Assembly (NCBI RefSeq): GCF_000142905.1
Contig: NW_013657617.1
Coordinates: 141,261-205,260, forward strand
DNA: 64,000 nucleotides
Origin: Thecamonas trahens ATCC 50062
Lineage: Eukaryota; Protista; Apusomonadida
Direction: 5' to 3'
A program made the position numbers and the translations under genes. This document shows, in pieces, positions 43,827 through 53,024 of the stretch. The notes under the pieces are model-generated. The model made no database searches and was not told the DNA's origin. It saw only the letters and a program-made list of their open reading frames with translations. Position 1 is the stretch's first letter. Each line of letters begins with the position of its first letter.

Positions 43827-44840
43827 TCACGCGAGGCGCCAGTTGGGCGATGGCGTGGACTTGAGCCAGTCAAAGTCGTGGACATTGCGCCACTCGTCAG
43901 GTGTGGCGTGGTAGCCAGCGTCCGAGGCCGAGGCGTGCGGGTAGGGCGCAAAGACCAGGTCTGAGCAGCGCTCGATGATGGGCCCTGCACGAACGTAGGT
44001 GGCAAACGAAGAGGCGGTCGAGTCATGGATGCGGAGCTGAGCCGTGGTGAGCACAAAGGTGCAGCGGGTGCAGGCGTTGACGTGGACCGAGGAGGCGACG
44101 CCCGGCGCGCCGACGACGGTGACAGTGACGTCCGTGAGCCGGGTGAGAAACAGGGCACGAAGCGGGCCGTGAAGGGTGACAGCAACACCGGCCGAGTCGG
44201 CAATGGTCACCTCGGAGCTCGCCAGCTCGTCCGAGGCCTCGATGACCAGCGGTGAGTCGCCAGCGGTGAGGTTGACGTAGGTGAACGGGGCCGAGGCATC
44301 GGGCGCCGCCGCCGAGCCAAAGGCCGCGACTTCGTCGCGAGCATCGTCCAGCCCAGCGCGATCGGCACATGCAAGGCTCTCGGCAGCGCCCGGTGGGTCG
44401 ACCTGGGCCTTCTCTTTCTTCTTCTTCTTCCTCTTCCCCTTGGCCTTCTTCCGGCGGGACGAGAACGAGAAGACGGTCGAGTCTGCGGCTGCGGCACGGA
44501 TGGTCGCGATGCGATCGTCGAGAGCCTTGGCAGCTGCCTGACCGGCGCCGATGAGCGCGACAGGGGCAAAGCCTGCGGCGTTAGTCACGACTTCGACGAC
44601 GGTGTTGAGGGCCGAGACGGCGGCGGCGAGGGCGAGGTGGTCGAGCGGGGCAGCCTCTGCGGCGGCGACAGCGGCCTCGGCAGCAGCAGAGGCTGTGGCA
44701 AGCTCGACTTCAAACGCAGCTACGTCCTCCTCCGGGTTAGCCTCTGCCGCTGCTTCTGCCCGTGACGACGCTGCTGCCTCGGCACGCGCCGCTGCGCGGT
44801 TGTCGAGCCGGGCAAAGAGCCGAGCGCGCGAGTCGTCCAT
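43827..44840 (-). CDS. TBCC: Tubulin-specific chaperone C
   Basis: N-terminal helical bundle, FSFS motif, beta-helix with QLRIH (arginine finger), PIIERC, FAPY and VHDFDWLKSTPSPNW. Confidence 0.92.
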   Translation of the reverse strand: MDDSRARLFARLDNRAAARAEAAASSRAEAAAEANPEEDVAAFEVELATASAAAEAAVAAAEAAPLDHLALAAAVSALNTVVEVVTNAAGFAPVALIGAGQAAAKALDDRIATIRAAAADSTVFSFSSRRKKAKGKRKKKKKEKAQVDPPGAAESLACADRAGLDDARDEVAAFGSAAAPDASAPFTYVNLTAGDSPLVIEASDELASSEVTIADSAGVAVTLHGPLRALFLTRLTDVTVTVVGAPGVASSVHVNACTRCTFVLTTAQLRIHDSTASSFATYVRAGPIIERCSDLVFAPYPHASASDAGYHATPDEWRNVHDFDWLKSTPSPNWRLA

Positions 44841-45120
44841 TGGGGAGATAGAGGGGTGGGGGGGTGGGGGGAGAGTACAGAGACAATTTTTTTCCGGCAG
44901 AGATGGGAGGGGGGGGGAGAGGAGAAGTGGACAAAGTGGGCAAGAGAGTGGCCAGGCCAAATTTTGTACGCGCGTGAATGGTCAACGGAAGCGACCGATG
45001 CAACGTACTGGATGCGGGGAAAATGGCTTGGCGGGTCGCGGATGCGGCTCACAGTAGCCGTTGTGAGAGGGCCCGAGAGAGAAGAGGAGGTACACATCAC
45101 TGAATATTCAGAGAAGAAAG

Positions 45121-46467
45121 ATGGCAAAGAAGGCTAGCAAGAGCAAGAAGGCAGCGAAGAGCTCGTCTATGGACTCGTCGGCGGACTCGTCGGTTGCTTC
45201 GTCTGTGGCGTCGTCGGCTGCGTCGGCCTCGGGCTCGGCGTCTGGCTCTGGCAGCAACAAGAGCAAGGGCAAGGGCAAGGGCAAGAAGGCGGCCAAGGCT
45301 GGCAAGGCTGGCAAGGCGGGCAAGGCGGGCAAGGCCAAGAAGGAGAAGAAGGCCAAGAAGGAGAAGAAGGCCAAGAAGGAGAAGAAGGCCAAGAAGGAGA
45401 AGGAGGCCAAGGGTGGCAAGAAGTCGAAGCGTGTGGCCATCATCGGAGCCTCGGGCTCTGTTGGCAGCGCGACGGTCAAGGCGCTTGTGGCTGCGGCCGA
45501 TGGCAAGACCGAGATTGTTGCCGGCGTGCGCGATCCCGAGTCGGAGGCGGCGCAGGCGCTTGAGGCCGACAACGTCGAGGTCGACGAGGCCGACATGGGC
45601 GAGGTCATCTCGACCAAGAAGCTGTTCAAGGGCGCCGATGCGGTGTTTGTAGTTGTGCCCGGACACAAGAAGCGGACCAAGCTGGCGAAGAAGGCGATCA
45701 AGGCTGCGGTCAAGGCCAAGGTCGGGCACCTTGTCGTGCTCTCGGTCTCGACGGCCGAGGCTGACGGCACGGTCTTTGGTGACCAGTTTGCGCCGATCGA
45801 GGAGGCGACCAAGGAGGCCGGCGTGCCGTACACCATTGTGCGGCTTCCGCTGTTCCTGGAGAACAACTTTGGGCATGTTGCGAGCCTTGCCAAGGAGGGC
45901 AAGATGTACTCGCCGCTCAAGTCCAAGGCCAAGTACACGCCAGTGGCTGTGGCCGACGTCGGCGAGGCCGTGGCCAACATCCTGCTCCGCCCTGCGGAGC
46001 ACGTGGGACAGACGTACGAGCTGACCGGTGCGCAGGTGACCGAGGCCAAGCTCGCCAAGATCTTCGGCAAGGCCATCGGCACTTCGGTCGAGCACGTCCA
46101 GGTCTCCAACGACGACGCCAAGGAGTCGTTCATGGGCATGGGCATGCCCGAGTGGCAGGTTGACGGCGTTCTTGAGCTCTTTGACGCCATCAACGACGGC
46201 TCGTCGGTGCTGAACAACAAGAAGTCGGACCTGCCGGCCCTCCTTGGCCACAAGGCCATGAAGCCGGAGCAGTTTGCGGCTGGCCTCGTCGGTGCGGTCC
46301 AGAACGCGGCTGATGCCGCTGGCTCGTCGTCGTCGTCGTCGTCGGGCTCTGGCTCGACCTCGGCCTCGGCCTCGGGCTCTGGCTCGGCCTCCGGCTCGGC
46401 CTCGGCCTCCGGCTCGGCCTCTGCTTCGGGCTCGGACTCGGGCTCGGACGAAGAGTCGTCGTCGTAG
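45121..46467 (+). CDS. NmrA-like NAD(P)-binding atypical SDR with Lys-rich and Ser-rich extensions
   Basis: IIGASGSVGS, AGVRDP, GVPYTIVRLPLFLEN, VAVADVGEAVA and HVGQTYELTG. N-terminal (GKA)n/(KKEKKA)n repeats and a C-terminal (SA/SG)n tail. Confidence 0.88.
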   Translation: MAKKASKSKKAAKSSSMDSSADSSVASSVASSAASASGSASGSGSNKSKGKGKGKKAAKAGKAGKAGKAGKAKKEKKAKKEKKAKKEKKAKKEKEAKGGKKSKRVAIIGASGSVGSATVKALVAAADGKTEIVAGVRDPESEAAQALEADNVEVDEADMGEVISTKKLFKGADAVFVVVPGHKKRTKLAKKAIKAAVKAKVGHLVVLSVSTAEADGTVFGDQFAPIEEATKEAGVPYTIVRLPLFLENNFGHVASLAKEGKMYSPLKSKAKYTPVAVADVGEAVANILLRPAEHVGQTYELTGAQVTEAKLAKIFGKAIGTSVEHVQVSNDDAKESFMGMGMPEWQVDGVLELFDAINDGSSVLNNKKSDLPALLGHKAMKPEQFAAGLVGAVQNAADAAGSSSSSSSGSGSTSASASGSGSASGSASASGSASASGSDSGSDEESSS

Positions 46468-46541
46468 TCAATCACACTTGCTTTCGTTTGATAAGAGTAG
46501 AGGTGCAGGATAGCAACAAACAGCGCACTGCTCTGGTAGAC

Positions 46542-47848
46542 CTATGCGTACTCCCAGAGGAGGCCGAGCGGGACGGCGCAGCCAAACATGCCTGCAAACG
46601 AGGCAAACGAGGCCCACTGGAGCTTGGCAGTGCCCGAGATGCCATGGCCTGAGGTGCAGCCGCCGCCGAGCCGGGCGCCAAAGAGCATGAGCGCGCCGCC
46701 AAAGAAGGCGCCGGCCGGGTGGACGCCGTGCAGCTCAGCAAACGAGTCGCCAAAGTAGGCCGAGGAGAGCGAGCCGATGACGGCGGCGAGGGCAAAGATG
46801 AGGGTGTAGCCCGGGCGACGCCCGATGTGCTTGCCCTTGAAGTAGGCGAGCGAGGGCTTGTCGAGGGCGGCGGCAGGAAGGAGGGAGAGAAAGGTGGAGA
46901 TGAAGGCGACAAGCGCAGTCGAGGTGCCAAGCGTCTTGTGGAGGACGAGGATGAGCGGGATCTGGATCGAACCAAGAACGAGGCCGGAGGCCCACGCCGG
47001 CCAAGCGCGCTTGGCGAGGACCCAGTCGTGCTCGACAGTGGTGCCGGCCGGAAGGTCGTTGTTGGCCGGAACGACAATTTCGAGGACAATGACAAGGAGA
47101 AGGAAGATGGTGCCGAGCGAGGCGGCGATGGCGGGATACGGCACGCCAAAGTACTTGTCGAGCGTGGCGGGGTGAGCTGGCCATAGGTGAGCAGGTTGAG
47201 CGGCTTGGCCGGAGCTGCGTCAGCGGACTGGCCGTCCTCGGCCGCGCTGGCGGCGTCGACGATGGAGGCCTTGGCGGTGCGGGCTTCGCCGGTGAGATAA
47301 GGGTGGACGAGGCCGTAGACAAGCGTGCCGACGATGGCACCAGCAAAGGTGAGCGGCGAGGTGAGGACGCCGGCGCCGAGCTGGGAAAAGACGGTGCCCG
47401 GGCAGGAGCCAGCGATGACAAAGCCACCAACACCAATGAGAGCGCCGCCGACAAAGGCCGAGACCATCCCGCGATCATTGGTGTACGCACCGTCCATGAC
47501 GGCAGCAAAGGCGGTTGGAGCGAGGTACGAGACAGCGACGAGGACAAAGGCCGTCGATGCGCCGGCAGCAGCAAAGACCTTGATCATGATCCAATTGGCA
47601 AAGGCAAACTGGCGGCGGACGATAAACGGATCAAACGCCCATGACTTTTGCATGGCAAAGCCAAAGGCAAAGCCCGCGAGGAGAGAAACGGCAAAGGCAA
47701 TAAGCCAGGACCATGTGGCGTCCTGGGCGTTGCAGCCGTTGCTCGACGCCGTTGACTTGGCGGCCTCGTTGACACGCGTCGGCGAATCTGAAGGCTGTTG
47801 AGTCGGGCTAGTGGTGGGGTCAGCAAGCGGGGGAGCGATGTCTTTCAT
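46542..47848 (-). CDS. YeeE/YedE (thiosulfate/sulfur transporter-like) membrane protein, frameshifted at ~47170
   Basis: First half: GFAFGFAM, GGALIGVG...GSCPGT. Second half: GGALMLFGARLGGGCTSGHGISG. One extra C in the CCCC run at 47169-47172 joins them. Confidence 0.85.
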
Positions 47849-48420
47849 GTGGGGAGTTGGTGGAGTGGAATGGGTGTGAGTGTGTGTGGGGGGTGGGAGT
47901 GGGGGTGGGGGTGGCCATGTGAATTTTAGATGCTAATGAGGCGAAGAGAGAGGAAGAGACAGAGTGAGTGGCCACCATCATGACGGGCAAGCGATGGGTG
48001 TGTTTGGTGTATGTATGTGTATGTATGTGTGTGTGTATGTGGGGGTAGTGGGGGGATGGTGGGGATGGCCCTGGGGGTGGGGGTGGGGGGGGGTGCGTGC
48101 TGCCTGTCATCAGCGATGTGATCAGTGAAATTGAAAGGAGGGGATGGGGGGGAGACTGGATGAGAGAAGGGCTGATCTGAGCGGTAGCGACAAGCTTCAG
48201 ATCGATGCATGGGATGAGAGGCCAAGAGATCATGGACATGTCGTGGCTGGCTGCTGGGGCTGTCATCCATGGGGGTGTAGAAGGGATGGGAAAAGGAAGT
48301 GTGGAGAGTGCGTCCGGGAGGAGGAAGCGGGCGGCCAGTCGGCGGTCGGTGAGAGGGCCAAGGCTTCCTGCCGAGACCGAGGCCACTTGGCTTGCCAGCA
48401 GCTTGACGGCAGGTGGCACC

Positions 48421-49516
48421 ATGGACCCGAACCCTGACCTGGACTCGCTCCTGGAGAGTATGTGTGGAATGTGTGTGTGTGTGGTGGGGGTGTGGGTAGG
48501 GGTGGGGGGGTGGAGGGGAGGGGGGGAGGAATGGCTCACCGAGGTGGATGCGCTTGTGGCATGGGCCGGGTGTATGTATGTATGTATGTATGTATGTGTG
48601 TGTGTGTGTGTGTGCAGATGCACTGGACGATCTGGAGCTGTTTGCACCTGGGGAGGGCGTTGGCATTGGCGCCGGCGACGGTGATGGTGATGGCGATGGC
48701 GATGGGGATGGCAAGGGAAAGGGCGAGGCTGAGGGTGCGGGCGCTGGGCAAGGCGCAGGTGCGGAGGGTGCGGCGGGTGCGGCGGGTGCTGGTAAGGATA
48801 TGGACGCGGTGCTTGACTCGGTGCTGGACGCGATGCTGGGGGGAGCTGGGCCGGACACGGGCGCGGTAGCGGATGGGGCGGATGAGGCGTTGCGGGCAGC
48901 GGTCGAGTCGATGGCACAGGCGACGGTGGGCGCCATGTCTGGAGCGGATGCACAGGCTGCGGCTGCGGCGGATGCGGCGCGGGCAAAGGAGCTGGAGGGT
49001 ATGGATCTGAGCGAGGAGTTCAAGGGCTTGATGGAGCAGATGCCCGAGCTGGAGAAGATGGCCAAGGAGATGAACGAGCTCATGCCGGATCTGGAGAAGA
49101 TGATGGCCGGCGAGGGCGGCGAGGCCAAGGAGGCGTGGGAGTCGCTCGCTGGTGACGAGGGTCTGGCGTCGATGCTCGACGCCCTCCTCAAGCCGCTCAT
49201 CCACAAGGACCTTTTGCAGGAGCCGATCCGCGAGGTCGGCAACCTCTATCCTCCGTTCCTCGCTTCGGCTGAGGGTCTCGCGCTCTCGGCAGAAGACCGG
49301 GCGCGGTTCGAGGGCCAGCACCAGGTCTTTATGGCCATCGACGCTGCGTTCGAGGCCGACCCGTCGCCGGCGTCCAAGGTCCTCGAGCTTCTCACTCAGC
49401 TTCACGACAAGTACGGCGCGCTGCCCGACTCAATCCAGGCCTCGGTCGACGCCGGCGCCGGTGACAGCGAGTCGCTGGCGGCGGTCATGGGCATGCTCGG
49501 CGGGGCCTCGTCGTAG
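48421..49516 (+). CDS. PEX19: Peroxisomal membrane-protein chaperone PEX19
   Basis: Exon 1 MDPNPDLDSLLE plus intron 48458-48617 gives DLDSLLENALDDL (PEX3-binding helix). C-domain KDLLQEPIREV..YPPFL, EDRARFEGQ and ELLTQLHDKYGALP. Confidence 0.88.
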
Positions 49517-49549
49517 CTTTGTTATTGGAGTCATGTAGCAGCGGCAGGC

Positions 49550-50788
49550 CTAGACAAGGGTAAAGGTGGCAGCGAGTCCATAGTGATCAGACATGTGAAG
49601 ACCCGGGTCAAAGTACGAGGCCGACGGCAGCTGGCTCTTGGCGACAACCTCGATAGAGGCCGGACGCAGCGGGTCGGACGCACCCTGCGAGACAATGACC
49701 CGGTCTAGGCGCATGCGGCGGGTATCGCACTTGCACCACATGGCGGCAATGACAGTGTTTGTCCGCCCGTCCCATGTGTAGCCGTCCTCCGGCGACGCAT
49801 CCGGCCGGAGCAGCGGCCACACGTCGACGTACGGCGCCTCGATCATGGCCGACTCGGCCTCCTGGTGCAGATTAAAGTCGCCGAGAATGACAGCCTGGTC
49901 GACAGCAAGCGTGCGCCCTGCCTCGGAGCTCGGTGCAGCGTCACCAGAAATGTCCAGGAATCGGTACAGGTCGCGCAGCTGCTGGCGGCGCGGGACGTAG
50001 TTTGGGGCGCGGGCCTGGAGGTGGGTGCCAACAACTGCAACGGACTTGCCGCTTGCAAGCGCAATGCGAGCAACAATCGAGGCGCGACTGGACGATTCGG
50101 CCACTCGCGATGGCTTGCGGGTCAGTAGCCGGCTTCGCACTGCGTGCAGCGAGACGAGCGCCAGGCGGCGGGCGACGAGGACCACAACGCCGTGCGGCTC
50201 GATAGTGGTCTCGATGGGAGCCTCGCAGTCTTCGCCTACACACGATGCCGAGACCTCGCTCATCACATACTTGCTCCGCACAAACTCGTCGGCGCCGAGC
50301 AAGTCCAGGAACGCCGGCGTGATCTCGTTGAGCGAGACGATGTCGGCGTCGACCTCGGCGAGGTAAGCGACGATGGCGGACCAGCGAGCGTCTGCCCGGG
50401 TCACGCCCGGCACTACATCGTCATAGTTTTGGATGAGCACGTTGTAGGTGAGCAACGTGAGCGAGCGCAGCGTCGTAGGATCAGCATCGGGCTCGGCGGC
50501 CGAGGGAGGCGCGTTCGGCGGCGCAGGCGTCCAGCAGGCCGCGTCCGGATCAAAGGCCCACCCACTCGACGGCAGCTCCTCAACCAGATCGTCGGCAAGG
50601 CCGGTGGCCATCTCGGCCGCCATGCCCTGCCACGCCGGACTGTCGTTGGCGTGGCCGGCATCGCGGGCGGCAATGCGGTCAAATGCAGGCGTCCGCGGCT
50701 TGATAAAGACCCGGGCGAGCGGCGTGGCGAGCGGGACCTGGAGCGCGCCCCACACCATCGAGTACACACCACGGCGGAGGAGGGCCAT
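49550..50788 (-). CDS. Endonuclease/exonuclease/phosphatase (EEP) family protein, TDP2-like
   Basis: TYNV, DIVSLNE, THL, GDFN, RLDRV and SDHYGL catalytic motifs. Confidence 0.85.
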   Translation of the reverse strand: MALLRRGVYSMVWGALQVPLATPLARVFIKPRTPAFDRIAARDAGHANDSPAWQGMAAEMATGLADDLVEELPSSGWAFDPDAACWTPAPPNAPPSAAEPDADPTTLRSLTLLTYNVLIQNYDDVVPGVTRADARWSAIVAYLAEVDADIVSLNEITPAFLDLLGADEFVRSKYVMSEVSASCVGEDCEAPIETTIEPHGVVVLVARRLALVSLHAVRSRLLTRKPSRVAESSSRASIVARIALASGKSVAVVGTHLQARAPNYVPRRQQLRDLYRFLDISGDAAPSSEAGRTLAVDQAVILGDFNLHQEAESAMIEAPYVDVWPLLRPDASPEDGYTWDGRTNTVIAAMWCKCDTRRMRLDRVIVSQGASDPLRPASIEVVAKSQLPSASYFDPGLHMSDHYGLAATFTLV

Positions 50789-50950
50789 CAGGGGGAGGTG
50801 TGTATGTGTGTATGTGTAGATGTGTGTGTGTGGTGGGGGGAGAGAGGGAGGAGGGAGGCGAGGCGAAGAGCTGTTTGGATTCGGTTCCGGAACGGGCTCG
50901 AGTCGCGCTACCACGTGGCGGCGGGCGGGGAGATGCGGGCGGGCAGCGGT

Positions 50951-52798
50951 TTATGGTGTTGATGGATGGATGGGGAGTGGTGATGAGGACGACGGGCCGA
51001 TGTCAGGGCGGGTGTCGGCAGACGAGACAATGTCGACAAAGACGTCGTGGCCAAGGTTGGTAAAGTGGGCGGTGGCCGGAGAGGGAAGTAGGGCAGCGAG
51101 GGCCGAGTCTGCAGCGGAGAGCACTTTGGCGGCTTTTGGACGATCATTGGAGGAGGTGACGACGACACAGTCATTGTACAGCTTGTTGAGATCTTCGGTG
51201 AGGCCGACAGGTTCAGGAAGACAGTAGGCGTTGTCGGAGCGGATGGGCGGCTTGTTGAGGGTGGCGACTTCGGCAGCGATGAGGCCGAGCGAGTAGATGT
51301 CTGCCGAGTAGTCGGCAGGAGCGCCGATGTGGACCTCGGGCGCAGCATACCGTGGCGTCCAGCCGCGTTGCAGTGAATTTCCGGCGCCGGAGACGCCAAA
51401 GTCGGTCAGTTTGACCATGCCCCGCGGATCGACAAGAATGTTGGCAGGCTTGAGATCGCGGTGGGCGATTTCGCGGGCGTGGAGATAGACGAGGCCGCGG
51501 GTAATGTCGCGGATGATGAGCCAAACGTCGACAGGGTCGAGCAGGACAGGTGGAGGGCCCTGGCGGAGCTTGAGCTGGTGAGCGAGCGAGCCGCCGGCAA
51601 GCAGCTCCATGACGAGGCCGAGACGCGGGGTGGTGGACGTAGACGCGGTCACGCCGATGATGAGGCAGATGTTGGGATGGCGGAGCCGCGAGAGGATGTC
51701 GGCTTCCTCGACGTAGTTTTCGACCCGGGCAATCGAGTCGGTCTCTTGCGGCTCGAGAAGTTTGAGGGCAACCGGCAGTCCGAGGTATACGGCCGAGTAG
51801 ACCGTGGCGAACGAGCCGGACGCCAAGTTGGAGCACACATGCAAGGCAGGCCACTCGATGACGGTTAGCTTGGAATCGATGGTAACGGTGGTAGAGTGTG
51901 TAGCAAAGGCAAGGGTGCCGCCGGCGCCGGACGGTGTCGCGACCGGAATCGGGTGCAGCTCGCCCGAGTTGAACGCGGACATGCGGACCGAGTACGGGCC
52001 AAAGTCGCCAAGATACGGCCAGGCGTTGCGGGGCCCGGCCTGCGGCGTAATGTTGACGGCGATGGCAGTCTCAGTTGCGGTGGCGTCGGCATCGGCATCG
52101 GACGGGTGCGAGGTCGCCGAGTCGAGTCGCAGCCGCGGATCGGTGTCGGGCGCGATGAGCCCGTGGTTCTCGCGGTGCTCGGTGTGGTAGCGGGCGACAT
52201 CGTCCATGGAGAGGATGCGGTAGCCAATACGGCGGAGAAACGGCAGCTTGTCCATCTTCTCCAGCCACGTCTGGGTTGTGCGGTATGTTTTGTGTGAGGT
52301 GAGATTCGACGGAGCGAGCTCGGCACGCGGGATAAAGAGGACCGGCGCGAGGAAGCGGCAGACGAGCAGGCGCTCGGGCGCAGACGTCAGGCTCGCTGCC
52401 ACGGTGTCAATGTTGACCGATAGGGTGTTGCTTGCAATGATGACGCTCTTGTCAAAGACCCTGTCGGCCTCGCCGAGCACGCGGGTCTTGATCTCGGCGT
52501 CCTCCGACACGGCCTCGATGACAAACTGGAGCTGCGGGAGCAAATTGGCGAGCGAGGCGAGCGACGCGCCGTCCGGCGCGATATGGACGTGGCTCATGAT
52601 GCGCGGAATGTCGTCTTCGGTTAGCAGATGGTACGCCACCGTCTCCTCCAGCGTGGTCCGGATTCGCGAGCATGTGCTGGCGAGCGCTGACTGAGCCGCG
52701 TCGAAGCACATGACGTCGACGTCGAACCGAGCGAGCTCGGCAGCCACCATGGGCCCGAGGCGGCCACACCCGACGACCAGAACAGTTGCCGAGGCCAT
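50951..52798 (-). CDS. Fusion of a 3-hydroxyacyl-CoA dehydrogenase NAD-binding domain (catalytically altered) and a TKL-like protein kinase
   Basis: N-terminus: VVGCGRLG, FD, VIEAVSEDAEIK, IASNTLS, ERLLVCRFLAP. C-terminus: SGSFATVY, VALK, LRHPNI, HRDLKPANIL, DFG, YAAPE, DIYSLG. One uninterrupted ORF. Confidence 0.9.
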   Translation of the reverse strand: MASATVLVVGCGRLGPMVAAELARFDVDVMCFDAAQSALASTCSRIRTTLEETVAYHLLTEDDIPRIMSHVHIAPDGASLASLANLLPQLQFVIEAVSEDAEIKTRVLGEADRVFDKSVIIASNTLSVNIDTVAASLTSAPERLLVCRFLAPVLFIPRAELAPSNLTSHKTYRTTQTWLEKMDKLPFLRRIGYRILSMDDVARYHTEHRENHGLIAPDTDPRLRLDSATSHPSDADADATATETAIAVNITPQAGPRNAWPYLGDFGPYSVRMSAFNSGELHPIPVATPSGAGGTLAFATHSTTVTIDSKLTVIEWPALHVCSNLASGSFATVYSAVYLGLPVALKLLEPQETDSIARVENYVEEADILSRLRHPNICLIIGVTASTSTTPRLGLVMELLAGGSLAHQLKLRQGPPPVLLDPVDVWLIIRDITRGLVYLHAREIAHRDLKPANILVDPRGMVKLTDFGVSGAGNSLQRGWTPRYAAPEVHIGAPADYSADIYSLGLIAAEVATLNKPPIRSDNAYCLPEPVGLTEDLNKLYNDCVVVTSSNDRPKAAKVLSAADSALAALLPSPATAHFTNLGHDVFVDIVSSADTRPDIGPSSSSPLPIHPSTP

Positions 52799-52822
52799 GG
52801 AGGATGATGGCAGGGGTGGTAG

Positions 52823-52867
<45 letters not shown>

Positions 52868-53024
52868 CGGGGGAGGGTGACGGTCAGTCGGCGAGTTGCC
52901 TGTTGCGGATGCGTGGTCTTTGGCCGACAAAGAGAGAGGGAGAAAGGGGGAGAGAGAGGGCAATGGCGATGATGGCTCTGGCAGTGACGAGGACAAGGCT
53001 CACTCCTCCCCTTTCGAACGTTCG

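Noticed and set aside
45097-46475. Long antisense and alternate-frame ORFs over real genes (also 2425-3546, 13628-14767, 16921-17835, 39424-40269 and others)
   Set aside because: These are expected shadows of high GC3 codon bias. They have no motifs and mirror the sense protein.
17735-49516. PEX16 and PEX19 (and TACO1/MTO1) in the same window as a functional cluster
   Set aside because: They are separated by 15-30 kb of unrelated genes, which is consistent with chance.
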